Shown: positions 19,421-29,670, counted from the stretch's first letter. The stretch is DNA of 64,000 nt from Gammaproteobacteria bacterium (GCA_028824555.1 JAPPDJ010000033.1:25372-89371); one strand, 5' to 3'. Numbers and translations are program-made. Notes: generated from the letters alone by a model not told the origin.

Positions 19421-20047
19421 TTAGTGCACTCCACAAAGCGCGAGGAATCGCTCCTTCTGCTCCTCCGTCATGGCCGAGAAGATCGGTACGCCAAGCTCCG
19501 TGGTTGGAAGGTCTGAGAACTCCGGCGACGGCGCTTGCATCCGCGCTGCGATGTTGTGCAGTCCGCCGCCTTCCTCGGAACCCCGGCTCAAGGCCGCCGC
19601 AATCGCCGGCGGCCAAACGCGCTCGGGGCCGCCGCCGAGGCCCAAGGGATTGGCTCGCCCGACATGTTCCTCGATCTCGCGGTACATGACCTGCTCCTCT
19701 GCCGAACGCTGGCGCTGGCCGGCACGTCCGTACTGCGAAGCCGATTGGTTGCAGATGGCTGCCCACGGCAGCCGCACATGAAATCCCGGCAGTGCGCGAC
19801 ACGACTCTGGGGCGCCGTCGCCGCCACGCACTTCGCCGTCCTTCACCATGAAGTGGTATGCGGACAACTCGCGCCCCGCAGGCAAGAGCCGCGCCGGCGG
19901 CGACGTGTAGATTTCGCTGAACCCCCACGCCATGTCCGCCGGCAACTCCGCCTCGCGCAACATTCGCACCCCGGCTTCGGCACACGCAACGCACCACGCA
20001 AGCGACCCGAACTCGCCGACCTGCTCGGCCTTCGTCCCATCCACCAT
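19421..20047 (-). CDS. Hypothetical protein (about 209 aa)
   Basis: ATG 20047 (MVDGTKAEQVGEF...), divergent from the thiolase gene. No motif recognised. Confidence 0.45.
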   Translation of the reverse strand: MVDGTKAEQVGEFGSLAWCVACAEAGVRMLREAELPADMAWGFSEIYTSPPARLLPAGRELSAYHFMVKDGEVRGGDGAPESCRALPGFHVRLPWAAICNQSASQYGRAGQRQRSAEEQVMYREIEEHVGRANPLGLGGGPERVWPPAIAAALSRGSEEGGGLHNIAARMQAPSPEFSDLPTTELGVPIFSAMTEEQKERFLALCGVH

Positions 20048-20129
20048 TCCCTGTTCCCCCTGCCTTGGTGGCACCACTGTAATCAAACCGCCGTGGTATG
20101 GTCGCCGCGTTTTTTTGGGAGGGCCGCAA

Positions 20130-21383
20130 TTGCGCGACATCGACGCCACCACCGACCGGAATCTGCGCGGCAAGTACGCCATCGTCGGCATCGGTGAGAC
20201 GGAATACACCCGCGGTTCCGGCATGACCACCCGTGCCCTCGGCACCAGAGCCGTCCGCGCGGCGGTCGAAGATGCCGGGCTCACCTTCGACGACGTCGAC
20301 GGCATGCTGTCGTACAGCGGCAACGACTCCATTCCCTCCACCGTCGTGGCCGGCGACCTCGGCATGAGGCTCAATTTCTACATGGATTGCCAGGGCGGCG
20401 GTTCCTCCACCGAAGCCCTGGTGGGCATCGCCATGGGTGTCATCGAGGCGGGGCTGTGCAACACCGTCGCCATCTTCCGCGCCATGAACGGCTATTCCGA
20501 GTTCCGCATCGGCGGCACGGGGCGCTCGAGCGGTCGTTCCGCACTTTCGGGCGATGCCCTGTTCGGGCGCGTCTATGGCCAGGCCAGCGCCGGCCAGAAC
20601 TTTGCCCACAGCTTCATGCGCCACATGTACGACTACGGCACCACCCCAGAGCAAGTGGCGCACGTGAAGGTGATCCACTCCGAACACGCATCCAACAACC
20701 CCAAGGCGTACTACAAGAATCGCGTCACCGTGGACGACGTGCTTTCCAGCCGCATGATCTGCAAGCCCCTGCATCTGCTCGACTGCTGCGTCGAGACAGA
20801 CAACGCCAACTGCATCATCGTCACGTCGATGGAGCGCGCCAAGGACCTGCGCCACACGCCAGCCAAAATCCTTGCCGTGGTCGGGCGCTGCTCGAAGCCG
20901 CGCATGGACAACCACTACCAGCACGGCCCGATCTCAACGGTCGCCGGCCATTACGCCCGCAACATCCTGTGGAGCAACGCTGGCGTCGGCCCGGAGGACA
21001 TCCAGGTAACCGGCTCCTACGACGCCTTCACCTTCACCACCATGCTGCAACTCGAAGACTACGGCTTCTGCAAGAAGGGCGAAGGGGGCGACTACGTCAG
21101 CTCCGGCATCATGCGCCTCGGCAACAAGCGCCCCAACAACACCAGCGGCGGGCACCTTTGCGAGGGCTACACCCACGGCATCGCCATGGTGATCGAGAAC
21201 GTGCGCCAACTGCGCCACGACATCGACGACAGTTGCCCCATCGGCGCCGATGGCAAGCGCCAGCACACCCACGACCACTCCGAAGGCGGCTGCCGCCAGG
21301 TGAAGGACGTCGAGCTAACCGCGAATCTGGGCTGGGCGACGCCAAACACCGGCAGCGCCCTCGTGATGCAAAGGGGAGATTAG
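20130..21383 (+). CDS. Thiolase-fold lipid-transfer (SCP-x type) protein
   Basis: TTG 20130 preceded by GGGAGGG. YAIVGIGETEYTR N-terminus and C-terminal NTSGGHLCEGYTHG, typical of non-classical thiolases that pair with DUF35. Confidence 0.8.
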   Translation: MRDIDATTDRNLRGKYAIVGIGETEYTRGSGMTTRALGTRAVRAAVEDAGLTFDDVDGMLSYSGNDSIPSTVVAGDLGMRLNFYMDCQGGGSSTEALVGIAMGVIEAGLCNTVAIFRAMNGYSEFRIGGTGRSSGRSALSGDALFGRVYGQASAGQNFAHSFMRHMYDYGTTPEQVAHVKVIHSEHASNNPKAYYKNRVTVDDVLSSRMICKPLHLLDCCVETDNANCIIVTSMERAKDLRHTPAKILAVVGRCSKPRMDNHYQHGPISTVAGHYARNILWSNAGVGPEDIQVTGSYDAFTFTTMLQLEDYGFCKKGEGGDYVSSGIMRLGNKRPNNTSGGHLCEGYTHGIAMVIENVRQLRHDIDDSCPIGADGKRQHTHDHSEGGCRQVKDVELTANLGWATPNTGSALVMQRGD

Positions 21384-21388
21384 AAGCG

Positions 21389-21910
21389 ATGCCACTCGAA
21401 GGCGAATACATGGGCCGCGACGTGGTCATCAACGACCTGGACACGGCCAACCAGGAGTTCTACAGCCACTGCGCGACCGGCACCCTGCACCTGCAACGCT
21501 GCCGAGCCTGCGGCCTCATGCGCTATCCGACCACTACCGCCTGTCCGTTTTGCGGGCACGCCGAGTACGACTGGGCGCCTGTCTCCGGCAAGGGCACGGT
21601 GCATTCCTACACCGAAGTCCATCACGCCATCGACCCGGTTTTCCGCGAGCATGTCCCATACCACATCCTGCTGGTGGACCTGGACGAACAACTCGGCAAA
21701 CCGACGGAACACGAGGCCCTGCGCATCAACGGCAACCTGGTGGATGCCGATGGTGAGATGGCCGGCGAGGACCTCGTCAACACGGTGGGCATCGGCACCC
21801 GAGTCCGCATCGTCTTCAAGGACATGGGCGGCGGGATTGCATTGCCGCTTTGGACGGTGGATGAGGAGGCTGAACAGCCGGAGAGAGTTTGGCGCTACGC
21901 CCAAGGGTAG
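21389..21910 (+). CDS. Zn-ribbon/OB-fold (DUF35) acyl-CoA-associated protein
   Basis: ATG 21389. CRACG...CPFCG rubredoxin-like ribbon followed by an OB segment. Sits immediately after the thiolase gene. Confidence 0.8.
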   Translation: MPLEGEYMGRDVVINDLDTANQEFYSHCATGTLHLQRCRACGLMRYPTTTACPFCGHAEYDWAPVSGKGTVHSYTEVHHAIDPVFREHVPYHILLVDLDEQLGKPTEHEALRINGNLVDADGEMAGEDLVNTVGIGTRVRIVFKDMGGGIALPLWTVDEEAEQPERVWRYAQG

Positions 21911-21958
21911 TCCGCGCATAGGGGACGACGAGGTGGCCTTGCGGGACCCTGCCCGGCG

Positions 21959-22321
21959 CTAACGACGCGGGCCGAAGACGTCGTCAAGCGATTTGGCCTC
22001 CAGAACTCTGTCCGCCCATCTCTCCAGTTCAGCCATCGACGCTCCAACCAAGCGCTCTGACGCTGACCTCGGAAGCGCACCAAAGCGACGCAGCAACAGC
22101 CGTTCGACAACGGCCCGCTCCCCCTCGACACGGCCTTGCTCGATGCCCTGCTGCATGCCCTCGTCCCGGGCTCGCTGGAAACCTCCGGCCATAGCCTTGC
22201 TCTCCTCCGGGTACATTCGCTCGAATTCCTGTCGTTCATTGTCCGTCAGTTCAGCGTACATGTCGATGAACTCTAGGTACTTCAGCCGCCGGTCTTGATC
22301 CGACTCCAGTGCCAGCGCCAT
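21959..22321 (-). CDS. DUF4351-like small protein (Rpn/YhgA C-terminal-like)
   Basis: 120 aa. GIEQGRVEGERAVVERLLLRRFGALP...LERWADRVLEAKSLDDVF pattern. Confidence 0.55.
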   Translation of the reverse strand: MALALESDQDRRLKYLEFIDMYAELTDNERQEFERMYPEESKAMAGGFQRARDEGMQQGIEQGRVEGERAVVERLLLRRFGALPRSASERLVGASMAELERWADRVLEAKSLDDVFGPRR

Positions 22322-22361
22322 TTTACTTTCGGAATCATTTTCTTACAGTTGACCCGACAGT

Positions 22362-23090
22362 TTAGGCGTCAAGCACCAATGGAATTTCGCGCACGACGCC
22401 AATGCGCTCGAGGAAGTCGTCCTCGTCGCGGCCCTCGTATGCTGCGCGGAGGAGATACGGCAAGGGCCGCCGCAACGCGGCCACTCGAACGGTGAACGAT
22501 AGTGATACGGCGAAGCCACGCAGGCCGAACATCTCGCCCAGTGCGTCGATGCGGTCTTCCATCGTCGGCTCGGCACGCAATTCGCCTGGGTCTGCGGGCA
22601 GAATTGGATCGTCGTCGGGGCCCAGGTCGGAGTCCGCGCGCATCAGCCGTCCAACGCGGCGCAATGCCGCGATCGTCCCGTCCGACATGAACCCTTCCGG
22701 CTCGTTGAGCGCCGTTTGGATTTCTTCCGCGCTCCAGCTTGGCAAGGCAGCACTCCTGGGCGCCCGCACATAGCCGACTCGCGTGCGCAGGTGGATGGCA
22801 ACGCGCACGGCCCATCTCCGCGCCATCTGCTGCCCATGCCGATCCGGCCCCACCACCCACACCTCGGGGAATCCGCACTTCTCGTAGAGCGATAGCTTGC
22901 GGCGTAGGGCAACCGCGGTGCCATCTGCTTCGAGCACCACATCTGGAAGATCGCCACCGTCGATCACGACGGGTTCCCCGGCACGCTTGGTGGTGTCGCG
23001 GGTGTACACGACCTGGCTGTTCTGCGCGATGCGGCGGGTGTTGCCGTCAGGACCACGGATCACGAGTTCGCTTGCTCGAAGCACCGCCAT
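22362..23090 (-). CDS. PD-(D/E)xK (Uma2-like) nuclease-fold protein with DUF4351-like C-terminus
   Basis: LPDVVLEAD...RRKLSLYEKCGFPEVWVV. The start is uncertain: the first roughly 45 codons of the 23291 ORF end mostly in A/T and are Arg-rich, so they look non-coding. ATG 23090 or an upstream TTG are the candidates. Confidence 0.45.
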   Translation of the reverse strand: MAVLRASELVIRGPDGNTRRIAQNSQVVYTRDTTKRAGEPVVIDGGDLPDVVLEADGTAVALRRKLSLYEKCGFPEVWVVGPDRHGQQMARRWAVRVAIHLRTRVGYVRAPRSAALPSWSAEEIQTALNEPEGFMSDGTIAALRRVGRLMRADSDLGPDDDPILPADPGELRAEPTMEDRIDALGEMFGLRGFAVSLSFTVRVAALRRPLPYLLRAAYEGRDEDDFLERIGVVREIPLVLDA

Positions 23091-23482
23091 GCCGGCGCCT
23101 CGCGTCTCGGCGATCCGCTCGACCAAGCCGCCAAGTTGTGTCCTGGGGAAGTCTCGGCAAGGCAGGGGTGTGTGCCGACCTGTGCCCTCGTAGCGGGGAA
23201 AGGCTTGCGGCCGCGATCCAAAACCGCGCCTTTCCGCCCGTGACTGCCGGCCATTGCCAGCGCCTCGCCCAAACCGTGTTCTTCTACCCATGCCTCACCC
23301 CTGCGTGCCAGGCGCCATCGTAATCGAAGCACTGGCGCGCCCAAACGGCGCGCCAGCAGTTCGCTGGCGGCGAACTGCTGGCATCGGGTCAAGAGGCTCG
23401 GCCGCTCAGACTCCTGCGAGAAGGGCCAGCACGCCTTCGTTGGGAGAGGGCCGCATCGATGCGCACGAACTCCTCGTGACGC

Positions 23483-24157
23483 TTAACCGCCAACCGGCGG
23501 ATAGGGCGGCACGCCCCAAGCCTCGTTCGGGTGATCCATCATCAGGTTGACGAAGTGGGGCACGAGGCAGGCCATGATTTCCTTGCCGCCGTCCACCTGC
23601 TGCCGGTTGACCCCGCCGCTCCAAGTCGCGCCGCCGTGGACGAGCTGATTGCGGAGGATGTAGAGGCGTCGGAACAAGACCGCGAGGATTCGCGGAGTAT
23701 CCTGCCGGCCTAGCGCTTCGTTGACGTGACGTTGGTCGGCGCGAAACCGCTCCCGCCAGTCGTCGAATCCCCCCTCGCCGTGGTGGTGTCGCCAGAACGG
23801 CTCAAACACGAAATGGTTGTTGAGGAACGGATGCAAGGCGCCGGAGAAACGCTCCCAGATGGCTTCGTAGATGATGCGCCGGTCGTCCACGCTGAAGATC
23901 ATGTCGAAGTACCACTGCCGAAACTCGGTCTCGTGGAACAGCCCGTGCAGGTCGCGGCCCTGGGCATAGGCGGCGTTGAAGGCAATCCAGTAGCAGATGA
24001 AGGCGGTGTCGGCGTCTTTCCGGCTGGCAGCCCGCTCTGCGCCTTGAACCCAACTGATGGCGCGATGGACACGGAGGCCCAGGCCGGGTGGAAAGCCCTC
24101 GCGAAGGTGACGTTGCTTGGCCTTCAGGGCCTCGAACGTGAGGTCAGCGGCGGTCAT
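23483..24157 (-). CDS. HEPN-like protein (Rx4H motif)
   Basis: ATG 24157 (MTAADLTFEAL...). All-helical-looking, with LYILRNQLVHGG (R-x4-H) near the C-terminus. Confidence 0.5.
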   Translation of the reverse strand: MTAADLTFEALKAKQRHLREGFPPGLGLRVHRAISWVQGAERAASRKDADTAFICYWIAFNAAYAQGRDLHGLFHETEFRQWYFDMIFSVDDRRIIYEAIWERFSGALHPFLNNHFVFEPFWRHHHGEGGFDDWRERFRADQRHVNEALGRQDTPRILAVLFRRLYILRNQLVHGGATWSGGVNRQQVDGGKEIMACLVPHFVNLMMDHPNEAWGVPPYPPVGG

Positions 24158-24370
24158 CTTGGGAGCGTTCCGGGTTCGCGATCCGGCGCAATGATAGCCG
24201 GAGGTGCCCGTACGGGCATGGAGGGGCGTGGAATCGTGGTAGGTTTCGCGTTCGCCGGGATTCGCGTCAAGAGCACCTGCTACTGCTTCGCTTAGGTGCC
24301 CTGCAGGCCCGGCGGCTGCGGCTGCCGACGGCATTTCGGCGCAGGAAGGGGTTTCACGAGAGGAGCTTGC

Positions 24371-26005
24371 GTGCACTTCAATCTGGCTACCGTGTTCGAC
24401 ACCATTGCCGACGCCGTTGCCGACCGCGACGCCATCGTCTTTCGCGACCGGCGCCTGACCTATCGGCAGCTTCAGGAGCGCACGAATCGTCTAGCGCACC
24501 TCCTTGCGACGCGGGGCTACGGCTGCCATGCAGATCGCGGCTCGCTCAAGGACTTCGAATCCGGCCAAGATCACCTGGGCCTCTATCTCTACAACGGCAA
24601 CGAATACTTGGAAGGCATGCTCGGCGCGTTCAAGGCCCGGCTGGCGCCGTTCAACGTCAACTACCGCTATGTGGACGAGGAACTCCTGTATCTGCTGAAC
24701 AACGCCTCCACCAAGGCACTGATCTTCCACAGCTCGCTGGCGCAGCACGTGGAGAGCATCCGTGCCGAAGTGCCGACGCTTGAGCTTCTGCTGCAAGTGC
24801 GCGATGACCACCATCCACTGGTGGAAGGCGCGCTCGATTTCGAGGAGGCCTTGGCCGCCGCCGATCCCTCGCCGCCGAACATCGAACTGCCAGCCGACGA
24901 TCTCTACATCATCTACACGGGAGGAACCACCGGCATGCCGAAGGGCGTGCTGTGGAGGCAGTCGGACATCCTCATCGCGTCCCTGGGCGGACGCCGAGGC
25001 AGCGGCAAGGTGATGCAGTCGCTCGCCGACTACCGCGACCGGGCCCTGAACGGCGACCGCCGTCACATGCCGGCGCCACCCTTCATGCACGGCGCCGGCC
25101 ATTGGACCGCCTTCCAGGCATTCAACACCGGCGGCACCGTGGTGATTCAGGACGAGGTGAAGCGCTTCGATGCCGCCGGCGCGGTCGAGGTCATCGAACG
25201 CGAACGGGTGAACAACCTGCTCATCGTCGGCGATGCCTTCGGGCGGCCCTTGGCGGATGCCTTGCGGGCAAGCGGTGCAAGCTGTCCGAGCCTCAAGAAC
25301 CTCCTCACCGGCGGCGCCATCATGACGGCGAAGCTGAAGGCCGAGTTGCTTGAACTTTTGCCCCACATCAACATCATCGACACCGCCGGCTCGTCGGAAA
25401 CGGGCGGCCAAGCCTCCCACGTGAGCAACGCCCAGAGTGGCGCGGCAAGCGGGCGCTTCAAGCTCTCGGCACACAATGCGGTGCTGAGCGACGATCTGTC
25501 GCGCATTCTCGAGCCCGGTCACGAAGGACTCGGCTGGTGGGCGCGAGCGGGCAACATCCCGCTCGGCTATCTCGGCGACGAGGGCAAGACCCGGGAGACC
25601 TTTCCCACCGTGGATGGCGTGCGCTATTCAGTGCCGGGAGACAAGGTTCGCCTGCTGGCGGACGAGACGCTGGAACTGCACGGGCGCGAGTCCGTGACGA
25701 TCAACTCTGGCGGGGAGAAGATCTTCGCCGAAGAAGTGGAGCAGGCCATCAAGCACCATCCGGCCGTGTACGACGCCGTGGTGGCGGGGCGGCCATCGGA
25801 GCGCTGGGGCAGCGAAGTGGTGGCCATCGTCCAGTTCCGCTCCGGGGCGGACGCTTCGCGGGAGGAACTGCTCGAAGAGTGCGCGCGCCACATCGCACGC
25901 TACAAGCTGCCGAAGGCATTTCTGTTTCTGGGCGAGATATTCCGCAGCCCGAACGGCAAGGCGGACTACAAGTGGGCCAAGAGCGTGGCCGATCAGGCCA
26001 ACTAA
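24371..26005 (+). CDS. Acyl-CoA synthetase (AMP-binding family)
   Basis: GTG 24371 after GAGAGGA. YTGGTTGMPKGV P-loop. C-terminal KLPKAF...NGKADY. Confidence 0.85.
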   Translation: MHFNLATVFDTIADAVADRDAIVFRDRRLTYRQLQERTNRLAHLLATRGYGCHADRGSLKDFESGQDHLGLYLYNGNEYLEGMLGAFKARLAPFNVNYRYVDEELLYLLNNASTKALIFHSSLAQHVESIRAEVPTLELLLQVRDDHHPLVEGALDFEEALAAADPSPPNIELPADDLYIIYTGGTTGMPKGVLWRQSDILIASLGGRRGSGKVMQSLADYRDRALNGDRRHMPAPPFMHGAGHWTAFQAFNTGGTVVIQDEVKRFDAAGAVEVIERERVNNLLIVGDAFGRPLADALRASGASCPSLKNLLTGGAIMTAKLKAELLELLPHINIIDTAGSSETGGQASHVSNAQSGAASGRFKLSAHNAVLSDDLSRILEPGHEGLGWWARAGNIPLGYLGDEGKTRETFPTVDGVRYSVPGDKVRLLADETLELHGRESVTINSGGEKIFAEEVEQAIKHHPAVYDAVVAGRPSERWGSEVVAIVQFRSGADASREELLEECARHIARYKLPKAFLFLGEIFRSPNGKADYKWAKSVADQAN

Positions 26006-26026
26006 GGAGAGGGGAGAAGGCAAGAC

Positions 26027-26722
26027 ATGGATGGGATCAAGGTGCTCGTCTTCGACGTTGGCGGCAGCGTGTTCGACTGGCAGACGGCCACCCGTTCTGC
26101 GGTGGCGTCGCTGGCAGAGGAGCGTGGCGTGGAAGTGGACGACGAGGCGTTCTGCTTCACCTGGCGACGGCGGATGTTCGAGCAGCTCGGGGAAGTGCGT
26201 GCCGGCACCCGTCCGTGGCAGAACGCCGACTCCCTGCACCGCGCAGTGCTCGACGAGCTCGCGGAGCAGTATCCGGCGCTCGAACTCTCGGCACAAGACC
26301 GCGACTCGCTCAACCGCGCCTGGCACCGCATGGGCGTATGGGAGGACTTTCCGGAGTCGCTCAAGCGATTGCGGGAACGCTACATCGTCTCCATCCTCAC
26401 GGTGTTGTCGCTGTCAATCGTGGTGGACAGTTCCCGCCACGCCGGCATCGACTGGGACGCCTATCTCTCCTGCGAAATGCTCGGTGTGTACAAGCCGGAA
26501 GCAGAGGCATACCAGAAAGGCGTGCGCCTCTTGGGCGCCGAACCCCACGAATCGATGATGGTGGCGGTGCACCCGCCGGACCTTCTCGCCGCGCAAAGGG
26601 CGGGGCTCAAGGCCGGCTACGTCAAGCCGAAGCTGCTCGAAATGGGCAGCCGCGGCGAGACCTCGAGCTTTGAGATCGTCGCCGAGGACTACCGCGACTT
26701 CGCCGACAAGCTCGGCTGCTGA
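26027..26722 (+). CDS. HAD-superfamily hydrolase (haloacid dehalogenase type II-like)
   Basis: N-terminal VLVFDVGGSVFDW (DxG motif I). 231 aa. Confidence 0.7.
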   Translation: MDGIKVLVFDVGGSVFDWQTATRSAVASLAEERGVEVDDEAFCFTWRRRMFEQLGEVRAGTRPWQNADSLHRAVLDELAEQYPALELSAQDRDSLNRAWHRMGVWEDFPESLKRLRERYIVSILTVLSLSIVVDSSRHAGIDWDAYLSCEMLGVYKPEAEAYQKGVRLLGAEPHESMMVAVHPPDLLAAQRAGLKAGYVKPKLLEMGSRGETSSFEIVAEDYRDFADKLGC

Positions 26723-26833
26723 CGAGCGACCCCTCGGCAACCCCACCAGGTTGCTCCGCGCGCCTGCCGCCACTGAGCGAGGGCGGGCGCTTGCGGTGGA
26801 ACGGGCGTGGGTCGGAAACGCTGCCGCCGAGCC

Positions 26834-27214
26834 TTACAGCACTCCGCTGCTGTCAGCCGCCGGCAGCGGAGCGTCGCCGATTCGCCACCACTTGGGCAGC
26901 AGCACCGCCCTGATCCGCCGCGCGGCCTCGAAATCCCGGATCGGGCCATCGTCGTTGAAGTACGTCGCGATCTGGTCCCGGAAGGCGTCCGGGTCCGTCC
27001 AGATGCCGACGTTTACGTACAAGTGACCCGGCGCCGCGGCCTGATCCTCGAGCGTCCAGGTGATGTAGGGAAAGTCCTCCTTGGCCCCCACCTCACTCAG
27101 AAACTCCGCGACCAGCCCCAAGCGGTCCTGAACCTGCGCCTCGTGTGTCCAGAACTCGTGGAAGTCCTCAATCCTGTCCGGCTGGATCGACCATTTGACC
27201 ACCACGATCACCAT
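26834..27214 (-). CDS. Small ferredoxin-like (ABM/Dabb-fold?) protein
   Basis: 126 aa (MVIVVVKWSIQPDRIEDFHEFW...). The fold assignment is a guess. Confidence 0.45.
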   Translation of the reverse strand: MVIVVVKWSIQPDRIEDFHEFWTHEAQVQDRLGLVAEFLSEVGAKEDFPYITWTLEDQAAAPGHLYVNVGIWTDPDAFRDQIATYFNDDGPIRDFEAARRIRAVLLPKWWRIGDAPLPAADSSGVL

Positions 27215-27352
27215 TTCCGCGCTCCTTCACCCGCCTAAGTCGCGTCGCCTGGCGAATGTCGATGGCATGGCCATGCGCCGTTGCGGCGCGCCGGCCGCTC
27301 GCCACGCGAACCGCTGGCGTTTTGCGTCGCTTGCACTCACCACCGACGGTGG

Positions 27353-28726
27353 TCAGCGCGCCATCCAGTCGTTGGCGTGGGAGGTGACGCGCCAGATACC
27401 GTCGCCCTCGTGATGAGCAATGCTCGACAGCGGAACGGCAGGCATGCCGCCGCCGCCTCGGGGAACCGGAGCGGTGGGCAGCAACGGGAGGCCGTACTTC
27501 TCCCACCACGGCGGTTCAAAGACCACGTTGCCTTCCACCGGACGCTGGCCGAGGTTCCATTCGTGGAAAATGTCGGCGAAGGGCGCGCGCCGTTCGGCCA
27601 CGAACTCGTTCGAGTCCATGATCCACTGGTTGGTGACTTCGCGGTTGCCGTCCGTGGGGTCGTCGTCGGTGTCGTCCGGGATGGTGAAGGTGCCGTCCAT
27701 GGTGCAGTTGATGCGGGGCCCGCCGTTCTTGCCGGCGGCGGTCCAGCGCATATGGCTGCGGCGGCGGACGCGGTTGAAGTCCTGCACCGCGGCCATGCGC
27801 ACGCGGCTCGACTCGTGGATGCCGGCGGAATGCACCATCCAGCCGTGGCAGAACAGCACGTCGCCGGCCTTGCCGGTGAATTCGAGCGGCTGCACGTCGG
27901 ACTTGATTTGGTCCATGGCCGGCTTGGAAGCGTCGGTCGCCACCCAGTTGTAGGCCTGTTCGGAGGTGGGGTAAAGCCGCTGCGGCGAGGTCGGGTAGAA
28001 GGTGTAGCCGCCGGCTCCGGGTTCCACGTCCTTCACGTAGGTGATGACGATGAGTTCGGTCATGCTCTGGTCCATGTGCGGGCCGAGCTTCGACTCCGGG
28101 CCATCCGGGTCCCGCGGGAAAATGGAGTAGATGCCGCGATTGCGGCGCGGTCGCTTCACGGGGCCACCCAACAGCGCTTCCGCCATGTAAAGCACGTTCG
28201 GGTGCGCCGAGGTGGCATTGACGAAGGCGGGATCGTGGCCAATGCCGTGCCAACGCCAGACGTCGTTGCTTATGTCCTTGGTGAGCTTGTAGGGCAAGCG
28301 CCCAACCCGCTCCCCCGGCGTGGCGCCGGGGCGCTCCTGTTCCGGAGAGGGCCAGTCGCCCCGGCCCATCCAGTTGCGGGCAAGTCCCCAGCGATTCTCC
28401 ACCGGCCAGTGCTTTCCAGGCGCCACCCAAGTGGAGGGATCGTCCGGCTTGAGCCCTGCCGCCTGCGCCGGCGGCTGTTGCCACCACAAAGCAATGAACG
28501 GCTCGAACAGTTGCGGGGCGATCATGCCGCGCTTGACGAGGAAGCCCGACTCGCGAAACTGCTCGATTTCTTCAGGCGTCAGCCCAAGGCGGTCTGCACC
28601 GGGCGGATCATCTTCGGGCAGCGTCGGACGCGGCAGCAGGCTCGGCGGCGTCTTGGTGCCAAAGGCGGCTTCAGGGTCGCGGGGCGGCGGAACCGGCGCT
28701 TGCCTCACATGGCTCGACTCGGACAT
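27353..28726 (-). CDS. PhyH-like Fe(II)/2OG dioxygenase family protein (long form)
   Basis: ATG 28726 (MSESSHV...). LTPEEIEQFRESGFLVKRGMI N-terminus, and GDVLFCHGWMVHSAG distal His region. Confidence 0.65.
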   Translation of the reverse strand: MSESSHVRQAPVPPPRDPEAAFGTKTPPSLLPRPTLPEDDPPGADRLGLTPEEIEQFRESGFLVKRGMIAPQLFEPFIALWWQQPPAQAAGLKPDDPSTWVAPGKHWPVENRWGLARNWMGRGDWPSPEQERPGATPGERVGRLPYKLTKDISNDVWRWHGIGHDPAFVNATSAHPNVLYMAEALLGGPVKRPRRNRGIYSIFPRDPDGPESKLGPHMDQSMTELIVITYVKDVEPGAGGYTFYPTSPQRLYPTSEQAYNWVATDASKPAMDQIKSDVQPLEFTGKAGDVLFCHGWMVHSAGIHESSRVRMAAVQDFNRVRRRSHMRWTAAGKNGGPRINCTMDGTFTIPDDTDDDPTDGNREVTNQWIMDSNEFVAERRAPFADIFHEWNLGQRPVEGNVVFEPPWWEKYGLPLLPTAPVPRGGGGMPAVPLSSIAHHEGDGIWRVTSHANDWMAR

Positions 28727-28911
28727 CGCTGCTCCCTTGCCTGTACAACCACCTGAGTGTAGCCGATGGCGACAGCCTCGGAGCGAGGGCCGCCCCTGTA
28801 CGCTAGCCCACCTCGTGCCTGCGGCACGATGGAGGGCGAGACGCCCTCTTTCCTTAAGGCCCGTGGCAACCCGACAGGCTGCTAGCGTGGGAACCACGAT
28901 GCCGGTCTCGT

Positions 28912-29649
28912 TCAAACGCTCGCCTCGCGCAAAGCCCGCAATCGTGCGCGTTCCTCCTTCGGCTGGCGTTCCATGGCGCGGGTTAGGGCAGCAGGCGCGA
29001 TGCGTGGCAAGACGGAGTGCACGTATTCGTTGACCTCGTCGGGATACGCCCGCCACATCTCCCGCAGCACCCAGCCCACGGCCTTTTGCATGTAGTAGCG
29101 GCGGTCCTCGATGCAGTTGTCCAGCATCGGCAGCATCGCTTCGGCCGGCAGGAACACGGCATTCTTGCCGGTGTAGTGGATGAGGCTGACGATGGAGATG
29201 CGCTTCGGCCACAGGTCTTCGCTGGCATTCCAGCGCCGCAGCACCGGCAGGACGGACTCCGGATCGGCTTCCAGCAAGCGCGAGTAGGTCCAGCTCAGCG
29301 AGTCCGCATGTGCCCAGTTGTCCACCCGCTCGATCCAGCGCCGCATCACGGGCCACATTTGCGGCATGATCCGCCGGCGCACGATCGGTCGGTAGTACTC
29401 CTCCGCGGCAAACAGCACATCACCCCATTCGCTGTGCATCCACAGGTCGTCCCACACGTCGAGAACCTCCACGGGGTCAAGCGCATAGAACGAAAACCCC
29501 TCTCGCACCCGATGCCGCAACGCCGGCACGCGAATGCCGACGTAGAGCATGTTCGAGCGCCGGTCCTTTGCCATGTGCAGGCCGAAGCTCGGACGTCCAA
29601 TGGCCTGCAAGGCTTCGAGCACTTCGTCGTGATAGTGTGGGTACTTCAC
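28912..29649 (-). CDS. DNA alkylation repair (AlkD-like HEAT-repeat) protein
   Basis: 245 aa. RRYYMQKAVGWVLREM motif typical of the family. Confidence 0.7.
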   Translation of the reverse strand: MKYPHYHDEVLEALQAIGRPSFGLHMAKDRRSNMLYVGIRVPALRHRVREGFSFYALDPVEVLDVWDDLWMHSEWGDVLFAAEEYYRPIVRRRIMPQMWPVMRRWIERVDNWAHADSLSWTYSRLLEADPESVLPVLRRWNASEDLWPKRISIVSLIHYTGKNAVFLPAEAMLPMLDNCIEDRRYYMQKAVGWVLREMWRAYPDEVNEYVHSVLPRIAPAALTRAMERQPKEERARLRALREASV

Positions 29650-29670
29650 TTCACGGCTCCCTCACACGCG

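Noticed and set aside
19305-20924. 539-aa minus-strand ORF, and the long N-terminal extensions of track ORFs 19421..20374 and 19932..21383
   Set aside because: They overlap the thiolase gene in antisense or run through the divergent intergenic region. Starts with RBS support (TTG 20130, ATG 20047) give sensible proteins.
23091-23291. Arg-rich N-terminal extension of the Uma2-like ORF (MGRRTRFGRGAGNGRQSR...)
   Set aside because: Third-codon positions here are frequently A/T, unlike the rest of the gene, and the sequence is non-protein-like. It is probably untranslated leader, although the true start remains uncertain.
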